NCBI RefSeq assembly: GCF_009914755.1
Contig: NC_060933.1
Source: the human T2T-CHM13v2.0 reference genome, Homo sapiens
DNA length: 64,000 nucleotides
Reading direction: 5' to 3' (one strand)
Shown here one piece after another: positions 18,341 to 32,037 of the stretch. Position numbers and translations under genes: made by a program. The notes under the pieces were generated by a model. That model saw nothing but the letters and a program-made list of their open reading frames with translations. It searched no databases and was not told the DNA's origin. Each line of letters opens with the position of its first letter. Position 1 is the first letter of the stretch.

Positions 18341-18552
18341 CTCCTGGATCTCAGGTTGAGGAGGGGCCAGGGGCGGCTCTGTCAAGCAGGCCGTGTGGCA
18401 GGGAGCCCCCCACGTTCCGCTCCAGGGAGCCCCGCCAGCCCGACAGCACCTCAGTGGCAGGTGTCACCTGCACGCGGTGCTGGGCGAAGCGTAGCCCGGG
18501 CGGTTTCCCGCCTCGCCTGTCTCCCCGGTCTGCTGAGTTGCGCATGCTCTGT

Positions 18553-18636
18553 TGCCTAACGGTTCTGCTCAGCTGCCTAAAGGTTCTGCTCAGCTGCCTA
18601 ACGGTTCTGCTCAGCTGCCTAATGGTTTTGCGCAGC
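18553..18636 (+). repeat. 21-bp x4 tandem repeat (TGCCTAACGGTTCTGCTCAGC)
   Basis: Four consecutive units read directly; units 1 and 3 are identical. Confidence 0.95.
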
Positions 18637-18803
18637 GATTTTCTCCCAGGAGAGGCTGGAGTGTCCAAAAGCTTGGCCCGACTGAGATTTCTACTGGTGT
18701 CAGGGCGGGTGCGGGGACTGAAGAAGGGCGAGGGCGAGCGGCGGGGACTGGGGAAGGGCGAGCAGCGGGAGGTGCGGGCTCTGTCTAGCAGGTGGCTGCA
18801 GCC

Positions 18804-19021
18804 ATGGAGAGGCTCTCTGCCGCCGCTGTCAAGGGCCAGACGGGCCCGGAGCGCCGGAGCCCCTTCAGTCAGCTGGTCTACACCAACAATGGCTCTTACG
18901 TGATTCACCATGGGGATCTCAGGAAGATCCACAAAGCTGCCTCCCGTGGCCAAGCCTGGAAGCTGGAGAGGATGATGAAGAAGACGACAATGGACCTGAA
19001 CATAAGAGATGCGAAGAAGAG
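18804..19021 (+). pseudogene. Exon 1 coding part (218 nt)
   Basis: Strong Kozak GCAGCCATGG; open frame to ...RDAKKR; donor GTACCA at 19022. Confidence 0.92.
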
Positions 19022-19788
19022 GTACCAGACCGTGCCTGAGCCGGGGCTGCAGGAGGAGGAGGCGGCTGTGGGAGGATCGCCCCTTCAGAGTGGGGGCTGG
19101 GGGTCCTGGGGACGAGGGGAGCAGGTGGAGGAGTGGCGGGCAGCGGGGCGGCTGTCCTGGGCCCCGAGGTCTTGATCTTCTTCCCGGGCAGGCCCCCCAG
19201 GCCTTGGATGGGGGCGCCCTGCAGGGTGGAGGGCCCAGGCCACCTTAAAATCAACCTCAAACTTTAGTTAGCTGCTTTCTCCTTCACTCCCACTTCCTCT
19301 CACAGAGCACTGTGTAGAGAATTTTAAAGTGATTTAACTTACAAAATTAAGTACATACAGGGTTTTACTTTTAATGTACAGGTTTTAAAAGATAACGTTA
19401 GATACATTATGAAATGGTGCATAATGAAATAATTCCCATAATATATTAACTTCTTGGCTAAAAATTTTTTGGATAAAGTCCAGTATCCATTTCAATATCA
19501 ATGAATGTCTATGTAAATATAATCTTTGCTGAGGGACCTTAGAAGGTAACTTTGAGGTGGGAAGATGGTTTATGTTTTCGAATTTAAGAAGACTCATTTT
19601 TCTCAAGATGCAAGTTCTTTATCAGTTTTACATAAACCAAATAAAATCATCAACATTTTAACATTTTTAAAATTACACACTCTGTCTTTTACTACTGTGA
19701 TGACATTTAAAAATTTTTCTAACGGAGTAGAAAAGTCTTGCTCTTCTAGATTTCAAAATGTGCTATTAATTTGCACAAAATGGGCCAC

Positions 19789-20410
<622 letters not shown>

Positions 20411-22669
20411 CACAAATTCTTTGATAACAGCTGAAAAGACAGGTAAATGAATACAACAGAGTAGAAAATCCAGAAACACCCGAATATCTAAGAATTTAGA
20501 ACTTGATAATGCTCACACTTTATACTAGTAGGGAAAGAATAGTTTCATAAGGGAAATGCCTGCTTTTTGGAGAAAACTAGATTTTTATGCCACAAAGTAA
20601 ATTTCTAACGGAATATAGATTAATTTTTTTAATATACAAAATGATAAAAGCACCAGAAGAAAACATAAATGCCTATTTACACAGGTACATTTTTATGTTG
20701 ACAACACCTTTCTAAGAAGCTCAGAAGCAAGCAGTCTGAAGGATAATTAAGCAAAACAAAATTAAATTAAACTGTAATGAGAAAAAATAAAAGGCCGCAT
20801 ACTTGTAAAATATTTACTACACATGTATGTGCGTGTGTGTATACATATTAGATTTAAAAATCGTCCTTTTATAGATAATTCACTTAAATCAACAAAAAAC
20901 CCTCATTTAAAATTGAGCAATTTAAATTAGAGATCTAAATTGCAGGTCTAAAAATAGTACTTTGCTTCTAATTTAAAATTGGAAAAGTATTTTCTTAAGA
21001 TCTGCAAGTGACCTATGCACACAGAAAACAATATTTAGTGTTCCTGGTTACAGAAGGCATTTAAGTTAAAAGAGGAATCAAACACTGCTTTCTATCTACA
21101 AAGTTTATGAGGAAAAAGAGCAGTGATATTTACACTGCTGTTTAAAGTTTAAGTTGCAGATAACTTTTCAAATAGACAATTTGGTGGTAAGTACCATATT
21201 ATTAAGAAGAATCCATATAATGACTTTTATAAATACATTTCAGTGAATTTACAGCATGGGATAATATGTGACCACTGAAGGTAGAAATATGTAGAGAAGT
21301 AGGTGACATTTGAAAATGTATTTTGGTGTATCAAGTGAGGGTAAAGTTCAGTTTGATTATACATACACACAGACTACAGTCTTGTGTTATCTGAAATTGT
21401 GTATGAAACCTGATAAAATTTGTTATTTGAGGGCATTTGTTTTAATATAAAATGTTTTTCCTTTTTATTATCTTTGATTTCCACATTGAGCATGTACAAT
21501 GCTATTAGAAAAAGTTTATTATTAATGAAATAATTTTTGGGAAGAGCAGGAATATAATTTTGCACCAATGAAAATAATTTCTCACTTTCCATACTTTAAT
21601 TTTTATTTTTTGTGAATTAGTATATTCTGTGAACTTTTAGCATCTTCAAAAGACAATCTTTTTACCTGTGCTTGTTGATTTACATATACATCTTATTAGA
21701 CACATATTTTTATTATATATAGATTTATTACATATATGTCAATAATTATAGATTAATTAGTGTAGTTTTATTATTAAGAAAATAAAATAGAAAATATAAG
21801 TGCTTTATTTATAGCAGTTTTTTTAAGGTATTGAACTTCTCAACTGTATTTATCCTTTTAATCAATTTATCACATGTAAGCTGAATGCCTATTATGTAGA
21901 AGATACATTAACTCTCAAAATCCTTTCATCCTTAAAAATTTTACATTTACCTGCTCAGCCTTAGCAAAGTGAGAGATTTAAAGTTGGAGTACTAGGACTG
22001 AATCTCAATTGAAGCTTTTCCTCTCATCTTTAAAACAAAAACACTTCTGAAGTAAGAAACTAGTAAAAGATAACTACCAACCATGATTTTGGAAATTTAT
22101 AACAGCTTTAAATAGTAATATTAATCATTGGAAATACCTAATTTACATGCATTCTATAAATTTAAATATGAATTTACATACATTCTATAAATCTAAATAT
22201 GGAATAAAATGATCCATACCTACTTTAATCCCAAGTTTTCTTTGGCTTGAAGTTTTAAAAATATTAAAGAAGTACTTTGTTTTAACAGTTTGTTTTTATT
22301 TCAACTCTCCTTTTGTGTAGCACTCTTAAAAGCTAAAATTTCTTTAAGTGTTAATCCTATGACTAGGACTGCCATCATCCTGTTGTATATACCATATGCC
22401 ACTTCATGGAAGGCACCATGAATTGTGTGATGCCTCCTTATTTATGTAACAATAAAAGATTGTTTAAATTTCTGCAGAATATACTTGTAACAAATAATGA
22501 CTTATAAGTGGCATTTCAATGTCAGAGATGTTAAAATATGAGAAATAGAGTATCTTAGAATTATTAAACTACAGGTTTATCTCTAACCTTTAAAACATAC
22601 CACAAAGTAGGCATAATTGTACCATTTTACTTAAAATGTTTTCTTTGTTAAGTAGTAGAAATAATTACA

Positions 22670-22900
22670 ATATCTAACAATTACTGAGCTGTTACATGTG
22701 CTAGGAATTCTTTGAAAAACGTTGCACAGATTCTCATGAGGCATCACAGTGATGTCCTGTGAGATAACTGCTGTATTCATCTTCACTTTATTGATGAGAA
22801 AATTGAGGCACAGAAAGGTTAAGTGATAGCTAGAAGGTGAAAGACTTTAAAGTAATATTCAAGCCCATGTTGAACTGAATCAAAGGCCAAGCTCTTTCTA
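22670..22900 (-). mobile_element. MIR fragment
   Basis: GATGAGAAAATTGAGGCACAGAAAGGTTAAGTGA MIR core. Confidence 0.7.
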
Positions 22901-23096
22901 TTCAAATAGGCCACTCTTTCATTAATGTAGTGAGTAATAAGAGCGAATGAATGTTGTACTTTCTTCAGGAGAATATTAAATATTTGTTTTGAAGGCAGAG
23001 AAAGAGCATGATATTTAATGTTGACAATTACATAAATCATTATATGTTTTGAGACAGTGGACTAAAATTTCCTAAAAAGTCCTCTCACTCTCGTAG

Positions 23097-23211
23097 GACT
23101 GCTCTACACTGGGCCTGTGCCAATGGCCACGCAGAAGTAGTAACACTACTGGTAGATAGAAAACGCCAGGTTGACGTCCTTGATGGTGAAAACAGGACAC
23201 CTCTGATGAAG
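23097..23211 (+). pseudogene. Exon 2 (115 nt), ankyrin repeat
   Basis: CTCGTAG|G...ATGAAG|GTAAAT; TALHWACANGHAEVVTLLVDRKRQVDVLDGENRTPLMK. Confidence 0.93.
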
Positions 23212-23373
23212 GTAAATTGTAGCCAGTTCTTTCAGCAGGAGATGGATTTGGTTTAAATACATAGAATAAAGATGAATTTATCTCATTGAAATATAATTAG
23301 TTTGTGAAACCTGTGGAATATTTATTTATATTTCCTATAATTTATAATTTACTTCTTGCTTTAATACTAACAG

Positions 23374-23547
23374 GCTCTGCAATGCCAGAGGGAGGCTTGT
23401 GCAAATATTCTCATAGATTCTGGTGCTGATCCAAATATTGTAGATGTGTATGGCAACACAGCTGTCCATTATGCTGTTTATAGTGAGAACTTGTCAGTGG
23501 TGGCAAAATTGCTGTCCTAAGGTGCAGACATCGAAGTGATGAACAAG
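23374..23547 (+). pseudogene. Exon 3 (174 nt) with in-frame TAA at 23518-23520
   Basis: AACAG|GCT...[69 protein letters not shown]. Confidence 0.93.
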
Positions 23548-24571
23548 GTAGACGTTAACCAATGCTATTTTCAAAATATTTGAAATCCATTTGTTTTAAC
23601 ATTAACATATGTAAATTGTTTTATATTTGGAAGCTCAAACATTCCTATTTTTCTATGAAAATAGTTTGACAAAACTTAATTGTCTAGGATTTTGCTTTAA
23701 ATATTAATATTTTTACAAGAACTATTAGTATGGCTTTTCTGTGCATTATGATAAATATTTGAATTTGTTAAAGGTAAAACATTTTCAAATATTCTTTAGC
23801 ACCCAAGTTTTTTTTTCTTTCCAGTTAGTGTAAAACTACAGGAAATTAAAATTTGCCTGCATAAATTGAGTCAACATGTAAAATTTCAGAGACATGCAGA
23901 AATCTGGATTTCTTCTTAAAGGATTGAATCTGGTGTCTCTTGAGCCCATATGACTGTTTGGTATGCTATGAAGACATTCTAGCTTTACATAAAGCATATG
24001 TTTCCAGTTTGCTACTGTGCCCACCTAGTTACATCACTTATTCAACTGACCTCTTTTGCCTCTGTAAATATTTCAGTTATCAATTCCTCTCTCATAGTAT
24101 ATTTTGGTAAAGATTTCAAGTTATCAAAGACAGTTTATAGGTGTTTATAATATATAGTTTATATTTTACATTAATTCATTAATAATGGGGTAGTCTTCTA
24201 GAATTTAGAATATTTTTTAAATGATTATTTTTCTTCATATAAACCATAAATAATCATCTTCTATTAGAAGGCCTTTAAGCCTTCTTAGATTAATCATGGT
24301 TATATTTGAATAGGTTATGCATATTGCAGAAAATATTATATCTTTCTCCGCAGAATTGTCCCTTAAAATTCAAGTTATTTAGTGGCTTCTATTTTGCTAA
24401 GCCATATACATGAGTTAGAACTTTCATTAATAAGCCATTTTATTCATGCTTCTGATATTTTGCCAAAAAATAGTATCAATTACAATAGAAACCAGAATAA
24501 AAATGGATTATTGCATTTTAAGAAGTAGATATGCATTAGGATCCTAGGAGTATCATTATAATAGAGAATAA

Positions 24572-24898
<327 letters not shown>

Positions 24899-25796
24899 CT
24901 TTTATACTGAATTTCTAATAGCTGAGATAAAATCCTATTGTCTGGTAATAGGATAAACCCCATGGACCATTTAATAATGAGCAATCAAAGTTTATTTGAA
25001 GCCAACCTCTTTTAATTTAGAGCCACTTCCTTATTGACCCATTTAGAGCAGAAGTGCCTGACATTGGCATTTGGAATCTTGGGATCATTGACAGAAGAGA
25101 ATCAAGTGAGTTTGTATCACCCAGAGGAAACCTCCATTTTTGGGGGGAAGCTTTCAGAACTGCATCCCTGAAATTCTATTTGTCAAATGTTAATGTTTGC
25201 CACAAAAAATACTGTCAATAGGGATTAGGTAAAGTTCAATTCATTTCTTGAATAATGAACATTTAATTCACAGTTTTATAACATTTCTTGAACATAGATA
25301 ATGGTGGAATCTGTTGGGGTACAGTGCTTTTGGTAAGGTAATTATTCTTTGGAATATAGTTGAAGAAACACTGTTCTAGAGGTAATAATTTAGATTACTA
25401 ACTTAGTAAAAAATAAAATATTTACTACTATGTCTTAGGGTTTAATTATATAGAGGTAAAAGATACAGACCCTGCCCTCAAGAAGCTCTTGGTTTACATG
25501 GGAAACAATAAAATCATTACAGTATAATGATTTTTGGAGATAACCAGAGTTGATGTAGTGATGCAGAGGCTGAATGTTTACAAGAGAAGGTGCAGTACTA
25601 CTATGCCATGTCCCAGTGAGACATGAGTCTTTTCACCCCTTCCTTTTAGCCTTGGTCGTGATTTACAAAGATAAACACTTGAGCACTCAAGATACTTAAC
25701 ATTTGTTAATACATGTAAATGGTTAATTCTACACTGACAGGCACATATTAAACTGGTTCTGTTCATAATAATGAAGTTATCTCTTTGTTATTTTAG

Positions 25797-25932
25797 CACA
25801 GCCCTCATGCTTGCCATATGCCATGGATCATCAGAGATAGTTGGCATGGTTCTTCAGCAAAATGTTGACATCTGTGCTGAAGATACGTGTGGAATGATTG
25901 CAACGTTATGCTGTTGCTTGTGGGTTTAATCT
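25797..25932 (+). pseudogene. Ankyrin exon (family exon 5), frameshifted
   Basis: TTTTAG|C...CT|GTAAGT; TALMLAICHGSSEIVGMVLQQNVDICAED, then a frame change before RYAVACGFN. Confidence 0.88.
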
Positions 25933-27142
25933 GTAAGTGTTTACATTTAAAGACTAGGTGAGATTTTATAGTTTGTTTCAGGTAGTTTTTGAATGACAGT
26001 GAGTTAGTTCACTTCATCAGCCAGAAACCAGGCAAAAAGCTATACTAGTTAGAAGGAGTAATGGCTCCAGGATTCTTTATTTTAGGGCTTTAGGGATGCT
26101 AATGTTGTCTACTTGATTTGAAGTATAACCCCTATGCATGGGATAAACATAATGTCACAATTTTGGTTTTTCTAATTAGTTATTTGGGTCTCAAAATGTC
26201 CACTTTAAGCAGAAAACCTGACAGTGTCCCCTGGGGGCTGTCTTCCATACCTTCATTCTTGAATCTTTTAAAAGAATCTGAACCTAAGTCCAAGGAAGAC
26301 ATTCTTTTTGTACAAGTCAGAAGGATTGGGGGGTTGGGAAATGGCCATTCTCTTTATTTTGTTGTTTCCATTGATTCTGTTGCTGCATCATTGCCATTGA
26401 AACTGCTTCTGCAGTCTGGTAATGATTGACCTTTGTGACCAGGATGCCCTTAGTAACGCAGATCTCTCAGCCTTCATGGTGTAGACTTCGAAGTTATTAC
26501 ATGTTTTTAAAGTTCACGTACATATTCTCAGCCATTGTTTCCAAAGTACCAGCACCCCACTCTGGCAGCTAGAACTTTTAGCTTTAGCCACACACATAGT
26601 GAGCAAATTGACCCTTCTTCTCACACTCAAAACCTGACGTGAAACCCACATCTTAGCCTGGATATGGCCTAGACCTTCATGGTAAGTTATCCTTTGATTG
26701 GCTTTTTTCTATTTTCTCTAGCCAATATTAGTTGTGGTAGTTTGAAACTGTAACTCAGGTTGAAATAATGTTACAGGAAGAAATTAGAGATCCATTTTGT
26801 CTTTGTTACCAGATCTATATCTCTGGTCCTTTATATCCTGTGTAGCACCATTTTGTAGGTAGTGGAAGGTCTCACCTTATTCTGTAAAATCCCATGTCAT
26901 CTTTCCCAAGTTGTAGTGGGTTCCAACTTGTGGTTGTCCCTTCAAGTGATTCTTTTTTCCTAAAAGTAAAAATCTCCCATGCTACTTACATCTCTACCTC
27001 GAGTTTTTTAAATATTTTCAAATGCTGCATCACCATGAAGCCATTCAATAGACTTCACTAAATCTCAAGTAAGTTGGTTAGATTTAACAGAGCTAAGCCT
27101 CATCCATCACTGATCAGTCTTCATGTATAAAAGTAAGGATTT

Positions 27143-27247
27143 GTGCTGGCTTCAGTGGTACATATAGTAAAATTGAAACAACGTTGAGAAGACCAGCATG
27201 GTCCCCGCACAAGGATGACATAGAAATCTGTAAAGTGTTGCATATTT
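27143..27247 (+). pseudogene. U6 snRNA pseudogene (diverged, near full length)
   Basis: GTGCTGGCTTC...CATATAGTAAAATTG...AGCATGG...CAAGGATGACA...CATATTT is colinear with U6; the ACAGAGA box is mutated. Confidence 0.88.
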
Positions 27248-27858
27248 CTTGCAGTCCCCAAAAGGACATTTTACTCCTTTCTAACTAGCTCCAAGGAAAT
27301 GGTGTGAGTCAAAGCAAAATGGGTGACACCCAGTATTGCAATTGTGATTTTCATACAAAAAAATATTTATGTAAGGTGATCTATGAAATGAGATGTGGTA
27401 ACACATAGGATCTTGTGTGCAATATTTTGTTAGTAGGGATCTCAGAAATGAGAAAATACCAACTTGCATCTTCTTTGTGGAACTTACAAAAAATAAAGGT
27501 AGCGTTTTGTCTTCCACAGCAGCTGGAAATGAACATAGTGACTAAGCATCATTCTAACAAAGATTTGTTGGTTCAGAGTTTAAGGAGGTAGATAAAGAGT
27601 AGCAGTAGTCCAAGCCAGATGCTGACATCTATTATTTTCTGCCCTTGGTGTGGTTGATGAGCTCAGTAATAGAGTATAATTAGGTTATCTGATTTAATGA
27701 TTTAATATATTTATAAATAAATTTCATTACAAAATATAAAATAGCTTAGATGCTCTGAATTACAAGCCACAAAGAATAGAACATCTAATATCCAAAAGTA
27801 GGAATTAATAACAGAAAATTGCAATATTTGAATATTATAACCTATGAAGAAACACATT

Positions 27859-28007
27859 TGTTTTTTCTTTTTTTTGTAATTTAATTTTTGTAAAGACATG
27901 GTCTCCCTATGTTGTCCACGCTGGTCTTGAACTTCTGGACTCAAGCAATCCTCCTATCTCAGCATCCCAAATTGCTTGCATCACAAGCATGAGCCACTGC
28001 ACCAGGC
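27859..28007 (-). mobile_element. Alu left monomer / FLAM
   Basis: Single reverse Alu monomer. Confidence 0.75.
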
Positions 28008-28515
28008 CAATATATTGGGTTTTATTGGGAATTTTAAAATAGTTTCAGCAATAAGGTTCAAGAACAAATTATGTTTTTGCTTCACTTTTTATTTTAAGAA
28101 TTTTAAAAATGTTATCTTGTTAAATCTTTATAATAACATAGTGAAATAAGGCCCTAAAATCCTCATTGTTAGAAGACATTGAGTCTAAGGAAGCAACTTG
28201 TTCAAGAAAAAATACCTGTTGGTAGCCATGCTAGGATTTATTCTGAGTTAAGGACATTTTTCATATGTCAAGCTACCTCTAGTTAATTTACTAAGTTACA
28301 CTGCCCTCACTTCATGAGTGTTTTATCTTTCTTCTTCTTTAATTAGAAGCTTAATAAGTTCATAGAGCTTACAAACTTAAAGTCTATGGAAAAAGTAATG
28401 TTCTGATGTTAGATCTAATATTGTCTGAAATACTCTAAGAACTTAATAAATTTGGTAAATGTTTTTTATATCAATGTTAAAATAGTAATTTTATTTATTT
28501 CATTTTTATACATAG

Positions 28516-28579
28516 CATTGATCAACAACTTTTGGAATATAACAAAAGGTATCTAAAAATTCTCAAAATAGCAATCCAG
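28516..28579 (+). pseudogene. Exon 6 (64 nt) with a 1-bp frameshift
   Basis: ATAG|CATT...CCAG|GTAAGA; IDQQLLEY then a frame change to QKVSKNSQNSNP. Confidence 0.85.
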
Positions 28580-28773
28580 GTAAGACCTCTGATAGTAAAC
28601 TACACTTGGTGGTGCTACCATGAGATTATAGGAGTGTTGATCACAAAAGAACTATTAAAAAAGCAATGTGTAAGTAGCATGTGTTTACATATATACCTAT
28701 ATGTAAGTGTTTTTATATATACATAGCTTTGATTTAATTTTTTAGTTTATAATTCAGAATTAAGAATTTAGTT

Positions 28774-28861
28774 GGGCAACCCGCTCGGGTCCCCTTCCAC
28801 ACTGTGGAAGCTTTGTTCTTTCGCTCTTTGCAATAAATCTTGCTAGTAAAAAAAAAAAAAA
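28774..28861 (+). mobile_element. Polyadenylated LTR12 (ERV9) R-region retrocopy
   Basis: GGCAACCCGCTCGGGTCCCCTTCCACACTGTGGAAGCTTTG...CAATAAATCTTGCTA plus poly(A); 12-bp TSD AAGAATTTAGTT (28762-28773 / 28862-28873). Confidence 0.88.
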
Positions 28862-29473
28862 AAGAATTTAGTTTTAGGTGGTTTATAATCTCAAAAATAT
28901 TATCTGAAAAAATATTTGTTTAATTGTGGTCCCTAATATCCTATATAAAACTTTTGTATAAATGAGTAAAACAATTTTTAAGTTTATATATTGTATGTTT
29001 CCTCAACTGTCATAACAATTTATGCTTGTTATAAAATGTATAATCCTTGGTGTGATTGATGAGCTCAGTAATAGGGGTTTATCAGCTTATCCAATTTAAT
29101 GAATTAATATATTCATAAATAAACTTTATTACAAATTATAAACTAGCTTAGATGCCTTGGATTACAAGCCACAAATAATAGAACATCTAATAATGAAAAG
29201 TAGGAATTAATAACAGAAAACTGCAACATTTGAATATTATAACCTATAAAGGAACACAGTTAAACAAACTGTTAAATAAACAAGTGTTTGTTTGTTTATT
29301 AAACATAAACAAACATATAAAATGATTATTTGTTAAATAAAAAATAAATTATTTGTTTGTTTCTTTATTGTAGAGACATGGTCTCCTTATGTTGCCCAGG
29401 CTGGTCTCGAACTTCTGTGCTTTATTTAATTTTTACAATAAATGATTTGCATTTAGAGAATTAGAATTAATTA

Positions 29474-29921
29474 CAGTTGAGTCTTGAGCAACATGAGAGT
29501 TAGGGTGCTGATCCCCTCATGCAGCTGAAAATCTGCTTTATATGAAAATCTGTTTCTTTTGACTCCTCCAAAACTCTACTAATTTTCTACTGTTGACCTG
29601 GAGCCTGAAAAAAGGTGAAAGCATAAGCAGTCAATTAACCCATAGTTTCTATTTTATATGTACTATATATTGTATTCTTAGAATAAAGTGAGCTGGAGAA
29701 AAGAAGCTGTTATAAAGAGGAAGAAATATATTCACTATTTATTAGATGGAAGTGAATTATTATACATAAAGGACTTCATTCTCATTGCCTTCACATTGAG
29801 TAGGCTGATAAGGAGGAGGCAGAGGAGAGATTTGTCTTGGTATCTTGCAGTGGCAAAGGAAAAGAAAAATCTGTCTATTAGTGGGCTTCTAGAGTGAAAA
29901 CCCTTATTCAAAGATCAACTG
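29474..29921. mobile_element. Tigger2/MER8-type DNA transposon deletion derivative
   Basis: TIR pair CAGTTGAGTCTTGA ... TCAAAGATCAACTG, TA on the left. Confidence 0.65.
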
Positions 29922-30667
29922 TGTGGCATAGTGACTTGTGTCACTAAAAAAGTAACTATCTTTAGAATTTGGAACTCAAAATTCTTGCACCATAAATGAA
30001 TGTCAATAAGAATTAACATAACTTAGTGAGGGTGCATCAGTACCAATAGGAGATTATTTTTCAAAGATACCTACTGAGTGCAGAAGTCAGAAAAGCAATT
30101 CTTTGTTGAGAAGCGCAGGTTATGTTACATAGTCTTGTACCAACAAGGTCTCACTATTATCAAATTCATTCCCTCTAAGTTGAAACCAAATAAGATATAT
30201 TTACTTCATTAGAACAAGATGTGTTGTTCTATCTGCTGGATAATTAGTGTGTTAATAGTAATTTTGGTACAACAAGTTACTCTGTTCCTACTAGCCAAAA
30301 TAGTATCATTATAAATATTCAACTAGCTCAACTCTAGGCTCAACAAATTATAATAAAAGTGGAAAAAATTTTCACAATAACAAAAGTGCTACTGTGATAC
30401 ATAAATGTGAAACAATACATTGTACAATATGAACTGTATGAGCACATCTTTAATTTATTACATATTTATCAAAGGACTTCTATAAGTTAGATTTTGCAAG
30501 TGGCAGGAGACCAAGATGGAATACACATAGTCTGGGTCTTTAAGGTGCTCATAATACAATAGAGCTGTCTCTATTGAATTTCTGCATTTTTCCAACAGAA
30601 TTTCCTAACTATGTTTTTTATTTGTTTATCCACTTGTCCACTTAACAAATAACTGTCAGGTATCTTT

Positions 30668-30786
30668 AAGGTACTAAGCATCTTTCTTGTTATTATCATT
30701 GTCATTTTTTGTTATTTACTACTTTATTAAGGTACTAAGCATTTTTCTTGTTATTATCATCTTTTTTATTATTTACTACTTTATTT
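30668..30786 (+). repeat. ~60-bp tandem duplication
   Basis: AAGGTACTAAGCAT...TTATTTACTACTTTATT occurs twice in a row. Confidence 0.85.
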
Positions 30787-30916
30787 AGTGCTTACTCTGT
30801 GCCAGAACCCCTTTGGGAGCTTATAATTATCACTTATTATGTCATTATCATATTCAGTCTGTGTCAGACATTTTATATCCAACGTGAAGAATTTAAGCTT
30901 TAAAAAGTTTGGTAGT

Positions 30917-32037
<1,121 letters not shown>

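Larger units (their letters stand above)
17500..19240. promoter_or_regulatory. GC/CpG-rich promoter region of the ANKRD30-type pseudogene
   Basis: Sharp GC and CpG enrichment around exon 1; GC-box-like motifs, NRF1-like TGCGCATGC (18539-18547), TAACGG motifs. Confidence 0.75.

Noticed and set aside
18553-18636. Short direct repeats as a CRISPR array
   Set aside because: No spacers, eukaryotic context and no cas genes.
17866-18953. 345-aa (+) and 200-aa (-) ORFs with repeating VLLSCLT / RQLSRT peptides
   Set aside because: Open frames are expected in stop-poor GC-rich DNA; the periodicity comes from the 21-bp repeat; no ATG start and no recognisable domain.
19022-19175. C-terminal extension of the 127-aa ORF
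   Set aside because: Read-through into intron 1; family similarity ends at the donor at 19022.
27143-27247. Functional U6 gene or U6-L1 chimera
   Set aside because: Many substitutions including the ACAGAGA box; no attached L1 3' end, poly(A) or TSD was seen.
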